Positions 1 to 14,585 of a stretch of DNA of 64,000 nucleotides are shown here, piece after piece. A program made the position numbers and the translations under genes. The notes under the pieces were generated by a model. The model ran no database searches, was not told the origin of the DNA, and worked only from the letters and a program-made list of their open reading frames with translations. This stretch comes from the human T2T-CHM13v2.0 reference genome, Homo sapiens, in assembly GCF_009914755.1 (NCBI RefSeq), contig NC_060929.1; one strand, 5' to 3'. The first letter of the stretch is position 1. Each line of letters starts with the position of its first letter.

Positions 1-917
1 TAAAAAATATGCCACAAGTTCAACACTATAATATTTATATTTGTCGACTGACTAGTTAATATCTTTTAACCATGATGAAAAAAATAATATTCAGCAAGAA
101 AAGTAAGAAGGATTGAAATAAAAATTATCCATCTTGAAAGTGGAAACCATGACTTGGCATATGAAAGAAATAACATGTTATTTTTTGCTACTAGTTACAC
201 AGTATAATTTTTAGCAGTGTTCTCATCCCAGATGACAGAAATCACCATCACACCCTAAATAACAAACAGCATGGACTGTGGATGAAAAAAAGATACACAG
301 AGAGATGAAGTTTGGGCCAAGTCTGCAGAGAAGAGGTTCAAATATCTTATAAAGTATCAGACCAAAATGAAGTCTTTCAAAATTTGGAGTGGTTTATTTT
401 TGGCAAAGCCCAACTTCCTGTTCACAAGAGTGATGGCTTCAGATTATTTTTTTGAACATCAAACAGGCTTTTTGCAGGGCTTCGTTTTGATGAGTTCTAA
501 TGGGCAATCAGAAATACATGGATTAATTCTACCTTCAAATAAACATGGGTTTAGCAATTGCAGAGACAAAAGCTTGGCACAGCATGTTCTGAGTCCCGCC
601 AAACTCTAAACATGGGAGTAGTCAGTTCAGGATATTGGATGAGAATATGTGGTTGAACTTGGCCTCCTTTAGTATTATCTTAATAAGCTTCAGGTCACCC
701 TGTTTTACTCAGCTCCATCCTGGCAGGTGGGGACTGGGGAGACTATGAGCTGACTCTCTCCCCACCCTCTCTGCTTTCAGCAAGCGGCTCATTATACCTA
801 CGTCCCACAGTGACTGGAGGGTGTGGAGACTGCATCTGTGGGCTGGTCTCAAGATCTGTCCCTTCACCTTCCCTGTAGTCTTCTCCCTGGCTGAGCTCCT
901 CTGGACAATAAAGTGCG

Positions 918-958
918 TTTTTTTTTGTTTGTTTGTTTGTTTTGTTTTGTTTTGTTTT
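918..958. repeat. (TTTG)n/(TTTTG)n microsatellite
   Basis: tttttttgtttgtttgtttgttttgttttgttttgtttt read directly. Confidence 0.9.
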
Positions 959-2057
959 AACTGCTTGTGCTACTTTTCTCATCTGAGTTTCGAGCTTCTT
1001 AGTTTATATGCCAGAAAACCAGCTGACAAGAAGACACCAGATAGATGGCTCTTTGTAGAGTGCCATGTTGTGAATCTGTGGGCATCATGTCAGGAGGCTT
1101 GTGTTTTCTGACAGCTCTGTGCTGAGCTAAATGCAGAGGTCACATTGTGCCTTTATAGAGTCCTAAAGACATTGCACTAAATTCTAAATTTGAAGTGCCT
1201 CAACTTTTTGCTGGAATATTGCAAAGGTGCGAACTTCAGATTTAGTGCATTTCTATCTTACCATGCAGCACCTCTTTCCTAACTTGTGAGATCAATTCTT
1301 CCATCTCCTTTTCCTTGTGTGTTCTTTGTTGTCCTGGTGACTCTCAGCTATCAGCACTTCAAGCACCCACTTGGCAGTGGGACACATGTGGATTTCCTCC
1401 CCAGTCTCTCTCTTCTTTCCTGTTACGTTTTTGGATCTCAGGTTTAGAAAGCTGAATGAATCATACTACCCAATTCAGGGTACATTACATTATGATATTT
1501 CTTCCTTTTTTTCTCTTCTTCCTTTCCAACCTCCCTCCCATGGCCGTTCCCTCCTCTCTCTCTTCTTTTGCCTTATCCTTCATATCCATTCTCCTTCTGG
1601 CATAGTTAACCACTGAGGCACATGCTTGAATTTTCCTGTGTCCATAAATACATGCAGTATTTTTGTGTGCATGATTTAAAATTTTACACAGAAGCTATAG
1701 TGCTTATTAACATTCTTGTTTTTTATACACAGCTCTATGTTTTAAGATGTATTTTTTGTTACTCTGTGAAAATCTAGTCCTGAGTCTCCAAATGCTGCAT
1801 ACTATTGCATATTCTGTATCTACTGGCTTTCATATATCCTTTCTGCCAAAATGGGCCTGGTGTCCATCAACATGCTATGCATGCCCTCATATGAATCTGT
1901 GTTAGCCGGGATATCTTTCTGTTCGCTTCTTTCATGACATATTCAGCTAACTGGTTAGTTCGGAAGGAAACTAACACATGAACTTGTTCTGAAATATTAA
2001 TATGGATAAACATAAAAAATGGAAATTTGGAAAGAGCTCACTCTTAAATCATCATTC

Positions 2058-2243
2058 TCCACTTGCAAATTGTGGAAATTTGGGCAAGTTATGTAAGCTC
2101 CCTTGAGCCTCAGCCTCTCTGTCAATCATAGGTAATAAAACCTATCGAACAAAATTGCTGAAAGAAGAAAAGAGATAATGTATGTAGATAATCTGGTACA
2201 ATTTCTGGAATATGGTAGGCACTCAGTGAGATTGTAGCTATTA
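2058..2243 (+). mobile_element. MIR SINE fragment
   Basis: tgggcaagtta...tgagcctcag core and gagataatgtatgta...tggtaggcactcag 3' end. Confidence 0.75.
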
Positions 2244-2702
2244 CACATTAGCTATTGCAGCTAAAAAGAAGAATACATGATAGCTAAAAATAATAATGAT
2301 AATAAAAATGTGTCACACCTTCCAAGGGTTTTTCATTTTAACAACGTACAATGCCTTAATCTAGATGAAAAATTGCTAACACTGCAGTGGTATTTCAAAT
2401 ACTTCTCAGGGAAAGCTTTGTGGGGCAGAAGATGTCCTAAAAAAACACACCATATGGGCATTCACCTATGATATCTTTCAAAAGGCACTGCTTTTGACCT
2501 CTACCAAGTTATAATTGCTAACTTTCTTAAGGCTGCTTATAAGAAGGAAATTCATGCTGAGAAAACTCTTGGTGCCAGTATATTAGAGACTATCTATTGA
2601 CACCTATATGGCAGAGGTTCAGATAACTGAGACTATGCCGTCAGCTATCTACTTTTAGATATATGCCTACAAACCTTCTTAGGTTTTTTTCACTTCACAC
2701 GA

Positions 2703-2912
2703 CAGTACAGAATGGTGGATAAGGGTGTAGTTTCTGGAATAAGACTCAAATCCCAGCTCAACCACTTTCTACCTGTGTGACCTTCAGCATGTTACTTAAC
2801 ATCCCTCAGCTTGTTTACCTATAAAATGGGAACAATAATACTGCCTATTTCAGTGGGTTGCTGTGGCCATTTAATATGGTAATAAACAAGTGCCCAATAC
2901 GTGTTAGCTATT
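2703..2912 (+). mobile_element. MIR SINE
   Basis: caaatcccagctc...ctgtgtgaccttcagcatgttacttaac...ctataaaatgggaacaataatac MIR core. Confidence 0.85.
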
Positions 2913-3321
2913 GTCGGCATCTGACTGAGGAGTTGACTGTGATTTGTCAAAAATTGTGTCTCAGGCTATTAAAACTAGACAGCACTGTTAACTGTCTAAT
3001 GGTGTGATATTTCCAAAGAGGGCTGGATGAGAAAAGGGTTAGTGTTCTTAAAGGCCACATTAGGTAAGAGACAGATATGGGAATGCTGTTATTCTCAGCA
3101 CTCAGGGCTATGGATTTATAGTCTTCAGGAAGAAACCACATTAACTAGGTTGTGCATTGTCAGCGAAAGTACTGATAAAGTACTGAAAGTTGACAAGGAG
3201 GACAGTATGAATTTCTCTTAAAGGCTGATCTACATGAGAAAAGTAAACACTTGCTGCTGTAGTGGGTACTCGGTGAAAAAATAAAAAGAAAAAAGAAAAG
3301 TAGACACTTGAGATATGTTTA

Positions 3322-3590
3322 GCTAAGCATTTCCCAAAGTAAGTTTAATTGAACACTGGTCCTTTCAGAAGCACCTTGAAAAAAGGGTTCTGTGGCCCAA
3401 TCTATTTGGGAAATGCTGATTTCCATTTTGACACCTTAGGAATTCATAATGTATCTTAGCTTATTAAAGGCTTTGATTAGGCCTGCTGTAAGGAAACTTA
3501 TTTAACTTTAACCCAGTATTTCCCAAAGTTATCTGACTACAGATCCCAGGGAAATTTTCCACGCAACACATTGTGGAACATAGTGGTATA
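3322..3590. mobile_element. hAT-Charlie MITE, MER112-like
   Basis: catttcccaaagt...aaaagggttctgtggcccaatctatttgggaaatgctg...cagtatttcccaaag with internal inverted ends typical of MER112. Confidence 0.65.
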
Positions 3591-5824
3591 TAATAGCTAA
3601 AGGAAAAACCATTACTTTGATTGTGCAAACCCAGACATGGTGGGAGAAAGCTGGAATACTTTGAAATCTTTCAGATTGTTACCTGAATGTTTAAAAATTG
3701 AGGAAGAAATCTGAAAAATTGTTTGGTAGAGTAGTCCTGCTTTGTTCGACCAGAAAGCCACACCTTAAGCTGCTTTTCCTCAACTGAGATTACAGAGAAA
3801 TGGAAATTTCTGCAGGTAACCTCCAAATAATTGTACTTCTGTACTTTCAGAGTCATCCACTTAAATAAGCATTCTGTGTCCACTCTGCTTCCTCAGCTTT
3901 TGAAGTAATTTGGAGCAAGGGGTTACATATTCAGACCTTTATAGCTTTGACCAGAAAGCTAGTGGGTAGAAATCTACTGGGATTACAAACCGAAGACCAT
4001 AATAGGAAAGACAAAGTGCCAGCTGCCTCAGTTACTCGGAAGAAAGGGCCCTAACTCCCGTTGCCATTATAGCAGATGGAACTCATTCCTAGATGGGAGA
4101 CTTTGGGGACCCCACAGGTGAGGGACCATTGCTCTATAATACAGCAGAAATGCTCAGATTTTCCTCTTTCCAGATTGCAATCAGTGCCAGAGTCGTTGGG
4201 AGAGGAAGCAGCAATGAAAACCAAGTCAAACAAATTCTGAGCCTCAGAATATCTGAATAAGGCACTCTGCTGTTAGACCTGTTCTGCAGATTAACAACTG
4301 AGTGCAACATTGGTAGGGAACAGACCTAGGCCTTCCCCTTCACTCTGTTCAGAGCTGGAGATGATGGATGGGAGAGGGGAAACAAAAGGTCATTCACGGT
4401 GGAGGAGCAGCATTTCATAGATGCTCATAGCTTTTCCAAGCTATGACTGTAACAAGGGCGAAGGGGTCTGGGTTCTCCAGATGTTCTTGTACTTAGATCA
4501 ATAGGGATGGTTGCATGGGGGAGAGTGATCTGGCATCAAGAGCGCTGTGAGAAGGGGCAGCAAATACCCTTGAGACTTTCCCACCACTGAGCCAGGGAAT
4601 TAAACTGATCTCACTGTGGGGATAAACCATAGATTTAATGACTGTCAGAGTTCCTTCCTGGCAACCCAAGAAAAATCCACTAAATTCTTGCTAAACTACT
4701 GTTCACTTGTTCACTTTCTGTCTTCTATCCTACTTATATGGGTGACTCTACCTTCCCCACTAACTGTATGTGCCTTAAGGGCAAAAGCTATACCTGATTT
4801 CCTTGGGTAATGCCTGCAGCTCTGAGCCCAGTGCCTTTCAAATAGCAAGTACTCTAGCCAGTGCCTACCGAGTAAGAGTCAGTAGCACAGATCTTTCTGA
4901 TCCTTAACTGATCCTAAGTGAGTCAGTACAGCCACTGAAAGGATCATGCTCACAGTAATGGAGCGTTGGGCCTTCATGGGGCTAGAGAAAGGTGTGGCAC
5001 TGAGTGGCGTGTGACAGATGGATTCCCATGTGGCAGGAATGGAATGGCAGTCGTGCAAGGTGGACGGTGGGAGACAAGCTGTAGAAGGAAGTGCTGCAGA
5101 TCCTGCAACCAAGCCTGGTTGTGAAATCATTAACCTTGGTTTTACTGTGGGTTAGGCTCTAATTCTAGAGTTTGATGGGAACGAAGTGGACTCTGAAGTC
5201 AGACCTGGGTTTGGATCCCTGCTCCATTGCATATGAACCATGTTCAAGGCACTGCAGTAGAGATACCGGGGCTCAGACACGGTTCTTGTCCCCGAGGATC
5301 TCAGAGCTGAGAAGAGCGAAGCAGACACATAAACAATAGCCAATAGTGGCACATAAAGAGGAGAGGTCAGTTCTGCTAATAGTGTATGAGGAAGAACAGG
5401 CTTCATTAAACTCAGCTTTTGCTGAAATAGACAAGTTAGTGGGTAGCTTAAATAATTTCGGGGTGAAAGGGCATTGTAAACAGAAGGAACATCATGGACC
5501 AAGGCAAGGAAGTAAATTACGTCAATGAGTGGGGAAGGCAAGTAGTTGAGAGGGCATAGGCATGAATAGGGGTGGTTGCAAAAGGCTGGAAAAGTCAACA
5601 GAGGCAGGGGTGGTTGCAAAAGGTTCTTGGAGGTCCTGGCATGTCTCCCTAAGGAAAGATTGGGAAGTCACTTTTCAGCTGGATTTGAAAAGTGCATTTG
5701 AAAATGACCACTCAGCCACAAAGGAAAAATATAAAAGGCCAAGACTGCAAGACTAGAGACAGGAAGATCGGTTAGAAAAATCTGACAATAACTGATATAA
5801 AAGACAACAAGGGCCTGAAAGAAG

Positions 5825-5826
<2 letters not shown>

Positions 5827-5860
<34 letters not shown>
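5827..5860. repeat. (GA)n microsatellite
   Basis: Pure AG run read directly. Confidence 0.95.
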
Positions 5861-5862
<2 letters not shown>

Positions 5863-5924
5863 GACACAGAAAAGTTAAGAAGACAAGAATATTAGAATTT
5901 AATTATCTATTGGTGTCTTGGCAT

Positions 5925-6203
5925 GAGCATCTCTCTGATCAAATGTCATCTCTTCTAGAACATCCTTGACCACCCTTTCTAAAATAGTGACCTCGACCTC
6001 TGCTGAGTCACTGTCCTTATCTTGCTGTGTTTTCTTCATAGCTCTATTCACTCTCTGAGAGAACATTTTTGTCTTCACTTGTTTATTGCCTATAAGGTCA
6101 AGGACTTGGCCTGATTCTTCATCTCTGTCTCCCTAGCACTGAGAATAGTACCTGGTAAGAATTAGACACCTAATAAATATTTGTTGAAAGAAGAAATAAA
6201 TGA
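5925..6203 (+). mobile_element. L2a 3' end
   Basis: caaatgtcatctcttc...ccctagcactgagaatagtacctgg...taataaatatttgttgaa(tgaa) terminus. Confidence 0.85.
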
Positions 6204-6424
6204 TACTGTTGTCCTTATTGAGACTCCTACTAGCAGAGGAGGAGTACGTTTTTAGGAGGAAATAAAACAGGTTTAGTGTTTTCCATAGTGCTTTTGAAGG
6301 GAGTCATTAGACACAAATATTTGTGGGAGTAATAGGAATGAGACCTCCCATGTTAGCTGTGGGTCTGGAAGAGGGCCAAGTACGTCATAATAACAATAGC
6401 AGCAACAACAACAGCAGCAACAAC

Positions 6425-6630
6425 TCTGTTTATTGAGGGCTTACTATGTGCCAGGAATGATTCTAAGCACATTCCACATGCAAATTCATTTTATCAGCAC
6501 AAGAGCCCTTGGAGGTAGGTATTATTATTCTTCCCATTGACAAGGTAGAAAATCCAAGGCTTGAGTGATTGAAGATACTCATCCAAGTTTGCAGAGCTAG
6601 AAAGTGATGGAATGTGAATCCTTGCTATTC
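6425..6630 (-). mobile_element. MIR SINE
   Basis: tttattgagggcttactatgtgccagg...ggtaggtattattattcttcccatt...gagctagaaagtgatgg. Confidence 0.85.
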
Positions 6631-9600
6631 CCTTAGAAAAACTATCATTTAGGAGTTGGACAGTGGAAGGGGGAAAGGGTAAAGAACAGTGGAAGGAGGA
6701 GGCCAGGGGCATCAGTAGGCAGGAGAGTTTTAAGAAGGAAAAGTTGACACTATCAAATGCTGCAAGGTGAGAAAAAAGAATAATTTCTTAATTTGGAAGT
6801 TTTATTTACTTTCTTTAACGGCTCTTTTGGTGGTATCATTATCTGGACAAGGCAGTGGCAGTGGTTTGCAGAATAGCTGAGGGCAAGTTGGTCTATTAGA
6901 CTATTCTTTTGAAGAGCTTGGCTGTCAAGGGTGGGAGAGAGATGGGGAAGTAACTAGAAGTAGGTATAGAGTATGGGAAGCATCTTCAGAAATATATAGA
7001 GTAATGGAGAATACGAGTGTGTGATGCAGGGGGGAAAACTGTAGAGATGGAAAGAATGAAATTACAGGAGAGAGAGAGAAAAGCCCTAGTTCTGAAAATG
7101 ATGGAAAGAGATGGGACAAAGAACCTGAGTAGCAGATAGATGATAGCCAGTGGGCTTGGAAAATGTGGTTATGATTTGGAATAGATACTCCATGAAATAG
7201 CAGAGAAAGATGACCAGGACCATGTATGCAGAAGAACTACAGGCTTCTGTGCTTTTAAATAAATTTCTCATGAACTCCATCTGAACCCGTGTGTGTTTGT
7301 GTGTTAATACATAATACTTCATACTATGTATGTAGAAACTAAAAGGCCAATAATGAAATTAAGCCAAAATAAAGAACAGGGTGGCAGAGGACGTGAGAAT
7401 TATTATTGAAGTGATATTGTGGGGTGTCTGAGGGTAGAAAAAGAAATGAAGGCAGGGTTAAGGACTATGAGAAGGCAGAGGAGGGGTTTTGAAGGTCTTC
7501 GCCTGAAGTGCAGTTACATTGGAATGGAAGAGGTGAGGCCGTGGGGGCTCAGGGTGTGCTCAGAAATTTCTAGATAGAGCAACCCTGGGTGATCTTGGGG
7601 CCTGTGATGTGTCCATGGGAGCCGGTGGCTGTGGTGGAGTAAAGGTGAGCATTGTTGGCTTGAGGAAGAGAGAAAGTATGCAGGTGGGTGGATGGATTTG
7701 CCATTCACGTATTTTGGAACCTGTCCAGGACGATAGTAGGCCTTGGAGCGGAGAGGAGAACTGTGACCTGGGGGCTGTGTTTTCTGTGAATGGGGTCTCT
7801 GGGAGATGTGGGGCCTGATAGGTGCGTAGATGACAGCAGCAAGGTGAGCGGAGTGGCTGGACGGCACTGACTGCACGGATGAGTGGTCATTCTGTGAAGG
7901 TGAAAGTGAATGGTCTGGAGGTGATAAGTAGAGAACTGGGCAAATGCTGTAAGCTATTTCCCCATTCTAGCTCTTGCTTCAAATCAAATTTGACGTCTTT
8001 CAATTCTGTCAGTTTAGGATACTCTGAATATATCCATGAGGACCAGGCTTATGCGGATAGAGTGTAAGTGCTCTGCCCCTTACCTCCACCTCCCTATATA
8101 ACAAATACAAGTTTTCCAATGCAAGTGTCTCCAAAGACAGCTCCTATTTTAAGCTTTTGTTGACTAGGAACTAAATTCTGATCAACTTGGCCGCTTGACT
8201 AGAGAACAAGGACCTGAGAGATGAGAAGAATGATGAACAAGATTTTCCAAGAAGGCACCAACAAGAAAAAGTCAGGCACAGAGTGCATTTTCTGGCCTCT
8301 CCAGTGATACAATCTATAAATATGAATTCTGACCCTGTAGCGTGCTGACATGGAGCTCTGGGCTACTGAAGGGCTGCATAAGTGCCCAGGGAAAATTCGA
8401 GGCACTTGAAAAGTGGGTGACAAGAGGTGAAGCCTCAACCATTCACAATATTGACTAAGCCTGTGTGGAAGCTTAGGGCTTCCTAGTTGCAGTACGTATG
8501 GAAGACAGTTTCCTTATAAATACAATGTTTATCTCACATCTACCCTTTCTTACATCTATATCTAACTTGTAAAGACAGGACTAAATATTGTCTGCACAGA
8601 CGAGGTAGCAGCTGTGGGGATGGAGTTGGCAGAGTTTTTAAGTTCCTATTCTTTTGTGTGTTTCATTTGATAAAGAGATATGAGGTTCCAGGCCAGCCTC
8701 AGCTCTCCACCCACTGCTTGCTGCGTGCTGAGATCTCTGACCCTGTGTCCTGGGGCCTCTGTTCAGACACCTCTACAGTGCCATTCTCAGTGAGCTCAGG
8801 GTTGTAGTGTGGCAGTGTAGCCCTCTATCGGGGCTCCAGGAACAAACTGCTCTCCTCCATTGGTAAGCCTCTCTAGTCCTCACTCTTTGTGGGTAGAATC
8901 AAACACAAGATCAGTGTTTGCACAGGTGCTGTGGTGAGATGCGGGTCCATTGTTAAAAAACACACAAAGATATTCAAGCACTGGGGCTCAAGAAAAATAG
9001 TCCAGCCAGAGACAGGCTAGAAAACTTCTCTCTAAATGTTCCATTATCATCCCTGTTATTTTTAATGGGTTACCCCAAAACAGGAGTAGGCAAACTGAGA
9101 GGTGGCAAAGCAAAAATATAACTTCAGAGTGCCTGATTTTATTGGGTGACAAATACACTGGGTAGCGAAAAGTGTCTTGGATGATTTGAACACTGAGCAG
9201 ATACCATGAATATTTTGGTCGCAGGGCTTTTTCCTAGATGAGTAAACAGCTGCTTCTTGGGGGTAGAACTATGAGTAGCTAATACTCAAGCACTTCCTTG
9301 CCCTTTCACCTCTTGGAGATTCACCTGTTGATTTTGATTAGGGTCTCTCTCCCCGTCTCAGCTTATAAAAGCTTCACATTTTAAAGAATGCTCTAACAGG
9401 TGGGTTCACATTCTCACAGATTTCTCCATTACTGACAAAACAGGTCAAATTTCAAGTTTCTAGCCAGAGGAAGCAATCGTTACTTCCATTACTATGGGAG
9501 ATGTGGGAAAGGGAAGTGACAAGCAAATTAGAGTAGGTGTGCTTTCAGGTTCCTTCTAGTCCTGCTAGAATTCGCTTGATGTTTGTCCATTCGGAAGGCT

Positions 9601-10494
9601 CATAGATGCATTTTGTCACAATGGAGACATTTTTCTCTTTCATATTATGTGGAACATTAAAAAAAATAATAGTCTGGCAATGCTTTGGGGAGTTACGCTT
9701 TTCCTAGTGTGTGGTTCTTGGCTGAAGGTATATGATGGTTGGGAAAAAATCAACAAAGGACTGCTCTGTATAATATTATGTCTCTGGTAGAAAGTGGTTT
9801 GGAGGGTTTTATGAAGCAAAGATTCTAAAGGTAAAATCTTTAACAAGTCACAACTCTGAAAGGCTGATCAAACCTTACATAAATAAACTAAAAATCTCCA
9901 AAAGAAGCAAGTCACCAAGTGTTCACATTTGATTTGAATATTTCATTTAAATATTTTCCAAGTTTGATACTTCTACCCTTTCTTTTATAAGGAATCAAAT
10001 AAACAAATATGTTGGAAATGCATGCATCTTATTTATGTGATAGCTTCATGTTTGTTAGAATTTTATTATTCCCCTTCTAAAATTATTTGTTGCTCTTTAG
10101 TTTTCCCAAGGAGACTTAAGGCTAGACTCTGAAGCAGAGTTTGCTGAACAACACTTCCTCTACACTAAACTTCTATGATTTTTATATTTAATGGTCTTCA
10201 TTTCACCTATATCTTGGGTTTCTTTCCTCTTACACTATATCAGAAATGTTCAGGGTAGTCCATAAAGCCCATTACTAGTCTGTGACACAAAATGATTATC
10301 AGGCACATATGGTTTTACATAACCCTGATGGTTTAAAGAAGGACTGAGGAAGAAATAACAGATTCAAGGGGTGTAGCATGACCTTAGCCTAAGGTGGCGG
10401 ATGTGGTAAGGAGGGTATAACACTTGATTCTGAGGCTAAATTGGTAAAGTGCAAGACAAATTTGGCTTCCTGAAGTGTTATCTCCGCAAAGAAA

Positions 10495-11289
10495 GGGGTT
10501 TATTGGGAAAAATTTGGGAGTCATCCTTGACTCCTTCCACTTGCTGTTATCCCCCAATATCCAATTATCTCCAAATTCTTTTGTTTCATCTAAAATATCT
10601 CTTGAGCCCATCCTGCTCAATCCACCTGTGTAGCCACTGATCTAGCTCAGGTTGTCATTCAAAGCTGCATTGCTTCTAAGCTCACTTGGCTGCCTTGGTT
10701 TCTCTCCCTTTCTACCTTCTCCTGTCACAATGAAATCTCAGTTTTATCAGGTACAGGTAACATCCCTGATGAGATATGTCACTTTCCTCCCAGTGCCTAC
10801 TGACTAAAGGTAAAAAAATCTTTATATGTCCCACTAGGTCCTATGCGATGTGCTCCTCGCCAACCTACAGCTTCATCCCTCATTATCCTCCCCTCTTACG
10901 TCCATTTCCAGCCCTATCTCTCAATTCACATTTCAAGTCACAGCAACACAAAACTGGCTGTGGTTTCTGCCCAGTAATCAGGCCACTTCCATCTCTGGGT
11001 GTCTGCTAATGCTGGGATTTCTGTTTTCTTGCCCTTTTCTGTAAGTTTCTAGGCTCACTTCTTCCCCCTTTGCCTCCCTAACTCATTTCTCATTACTGGA
11101 CGCTCCACCATGGGGGCTGCTTCACTAGGAAGGCTTCTGTAAGCTCCTCCCTGCCCATTGTCCCAGGCCAGACCAAACACCTGTGCCTTATGCCCCCAGT
11201 GCTGTCTGTGAATCTCTCACCAACATGTTCTCCTTCTTTATATCCCTAGTACTGTACCTGGCACAGAGTAGGTATTTAAAATGATTTGT
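10495..11289 (+). mobile_element. L2 LINE 3' region
   Basis: tgggagtcatccttgactcct...atccctagtactgtacctggcacagagtaggt L2 3' motifs. Confidence 0.7.
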
Positions 11290-11603
<314 letters not shown>

Positions 11604-11729
11604 TTACATAAGTGGAAGAAAGTATACATAATGAGAAATTGGTGAATACTTTTGATGCTGCCAAACAGTGGTTTAGGCAGGGTTTGTCTCCATTTAGCCC
11701 ATTTTGACCCTGCCCCTTTTTTAAAGGAA

Positions 11730-12390
11730 ATAAAATGTTATTTGAAGGTCTGGGTACCCTTCCCTGATCCCTCTCTTTCCAAAGGTAAGAGATATTCTAA
11801 ATTTTGTTTATCACGTATATAAGAGATAGCTGTAAATAATGTATTTTCTTGCATATCTTCAGACTTCACATAAATGGTATCACACTTAAATGCCATTCTC
11901 TGTTCTCTTCAATCAGTATTATGTTGTGAAGATTTTTAAATATTAATACATAAGACTCCAGTTCATTCATTTTAATGCTATGTCATATTGCATTGTATAA
12001 TATACCACATTCTTATATTGATTAGAGTATTGCAAACACTGCTGCTATGAACATTCTTCTCCATGTGTCTAGGGTAAATATTCAGAGGAAGAATTGCTAG
12101 GTTGAAACGTATAGTATCAACTATACTAGATATTGTTAAATTTCCTTCTCAGTTGTGCCAATGTATGCTTCCACCAGCAGCTTATGAGAATATCTACGGC
12201 TCCAAATTCTTTAAAATAATTTTAATAAAATAATTTACACTTGAAATAATTTAAAATAATTTTAATTTGATGAATTTGAAATGCGTTTCATTTTCTTTGG
12301 TTTAATTTAAATAACCCTGACTACTGATATTAAGCATCTTATGTTTATTGGTCATTCAGATTTTGTTTTCTATGAATAGATTTATATAAT
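11730..12390 (-). mobile_element. L1ME-type LINE 3' fragment
   Basis: cttcacataaatggtatc...gttcattcattttaatgc...gctgctatgaacattctt...ttccaccagcag antisense L1M motifs. Confidence 0.75.
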
Positions 12391-12974
12391 AAATAATAAA
12401 AAGTAAAAAATCCAATAGGTTGAATACTTGGTCAAAACTGGGGTATTGTTGAAAGGGAGAAAGGATAGAAAGTGTTTAGTAACCCACAAAGTCTGCTACC
12501 GCCATTAGAGCATATCAATTACCAAAGACCTCTTGTGGTGGTGGCCCCTGTGAATCTCTCATGTTTTCCTGGTTTCCCTGCTTTAGAAATAAGGAGGAAG
12601 AAGAGCTGAAGATACATTCATATTTCATATTTCTATGAATCAAAGTGTCTCTAGTTAGAAAATAACTAAGCCTAATAAGGGAGAGAAGATACTTGGATAA
12701 CAAAACCAAAAAATAACAAGACTGATATTTCCTTCATGTACAATGCAATCAAAGAAACAAATAGATGCAAATACAAGTACATATTTTGGCATGAACCCAT
12801 ATAGCTCCAGGCACAGCGATTAGTTTTTTTCCCTTCCAATCTGCTTCTATCTTCCCTCTACTTCCAGCCCTACCCTTCAATCTCAGTCTTGTTTCTTGGC
12901 TATGCAATAGGGAACAGAAATCCTTCAGGGTCCATGTAAGGTCAGCAAATGTCTAAATCAACACCACCTGGTAA

Positions 12975-13257
12975 AAATGCAGGGTGAGCCACAGAAGTGA
13001 TCTTAAATTTTTGAAAAGGCACATTTTTAAAAAGTAAAAAGAAAACAGTAAAATTAATGTTAGTAATATATTTTATCCAAAATATAATCATTTCAACATG
13101 TAATTAATATTGTTATTGAAATATTTTCCATAGTTTTTTTATACAAAGTCTTCAAAATCAATGTGTATTTTGCACTTATGGTTCATCTCAACTCATACTA
13201 GCCAAGTGCTTAATACCCAAGTGACAACTACCCGCCTTATTGGACAGCTTGGGACTA
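12975..13257. mobile_element. MER33-like hAT-Charlie MITE
   Basis: aaagtaaaaagaaaacag...aaaatataatcatttcaacatgtaat...aagtcttcaaaatc...tattggacagc. Confidence 0.75.
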
Positions 13258-14585
13258 AATAATTTGTAGCTCATTGCGAAGTAATCCAACATAATTATCC
13301 ATTCTTTACTTCTATTGTCTCACTTTCTCATAATCTACTGAAATTCTGTGTTCTGCATTCTGAGTACCTTTTCAAATCAAGACAAGGGCCCAGGGTTATC
13401 CCCCAAGAAAACTGTGGAACAGTATTTCTTCTCTTCAACAAAATGACCCCTATATTCATTGCCCATCAGTCATTAATTTAGCAGTTCAAAGACTCCTAAA
13501 ACAGAATGTGGGGTCATCACTCTAATTTTAGTTGCCCTCAGAACAACTGCATTCTAGTGTGCATGAATGTTATTCATTCAGTGAGAGACTTAAAAATGAT
13601 TTATTTACAAAAGATATTCATGGCTCCTTGTAAAAAAAAAAAACTCTAGAATGTAGAACTATAAAGGATCATAATTTTTATCTAATCCAACTCTGAGGGA
13701 GACACAGCCAACAAGCAGATACACATCTAGAACTTATGTTCCTGAACTCCTGTACCAGTGTTTATTCTGTTACTCAATATGAATAATAATGATCTATAAT
13801 CAGGACTCTGAGGCCCAGTAAACAGTGTCCCTCTTACCTCTCTAATTGCCCTCAGGGCTATGCAGCTTGATTTCTTCTTGGCAAACATGATTGGGAAATG
13901 TGAATGTCACATAGGTTAGATTATTAGGCACCCTACGTCAAATGCAATATTTCTTTCAGTATAGCTGAGTTAAATCTATAGCCAATCTTTAACCAAAATG
14001 AAGACTAAAAATTGTTCCTTTTCTAGGGATAAAGATGCTCTTTCCTCATGCATTCCACTACATTCTCTTCCTCCCATTTAGCTTCCAGTGAAGGGTATAC
14101 ATAAAGAATGGGATTTCCTTTTTGTGAGACTTAGCTGATAGACTCATCCCATGAGCCACACTGAACGACCTTGTCAGAGAATGAGAAGCATTCAGCTACT
14201 TCTATTCAATTTTTGCTTTTATTTCAAGTTTTTTTTTTTCTTCTGTTTGGAAAGCACCAGACTCCTTATTTGTTCCACTTTCAAGTAATGTGTGAAAAAT
14301 GCCATCATTACTGGCAATGGCTTCCCTGGGGCTTTTTTTTTTTATCCTGGTTCAGCAGCTGCAGGGTAACTAATCTGAAAATTACTTCCATGTTAAGTTC
14401 TCTCTTTTATGTTAAATAATAAAATAATAAACAATCAAGCATGCCTAGGAACTATTTACTTATTTTAGAACAAGCTTAGTGGACACAGCATCTTTAAAAG
14501 ATGTGGGTTATGTTCAGTCTATGCTTGACTTATTCTAAATCACTAAGTGGGGAGAGCACAGTTACAGAATTCAAACCTGAGCTGT

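Larger units (their letters stand above)
5240..7940 (-). mobile_element. Old L2 LINE fragments (antisense), interrupted by a + strand L2a end and a MIR
   Basis: Purine-rich antisense L2 motifs (agactagagacaggaagatcggttagaa; aatgctgc...; gactattctttgaagagcttggctg); boundaries approximate. Confidence 0.6.

Noticed and set aside
4234-4250. Palindrome attctgag-c-ctcagaat
   Set aside because: 8-bp arms are expected by chance at this window size
5152-5619. 155-aa minus-strand ORF
   Set aside because: Overlaps decayed L2/MIR sequence; no recognisable domain or exon structure
5568-5623. 18-bp direct repeat aggggtggttgcaaaagg
   Set aside because: Simple local duplication inside decayed L2 with no further structure
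11760-11790. Recursive-splice-like site (polyY-aaag|gtaaga)
   Set aside because: Falls in antisense L1ME sequence where similar motifs are common; no host transcript known
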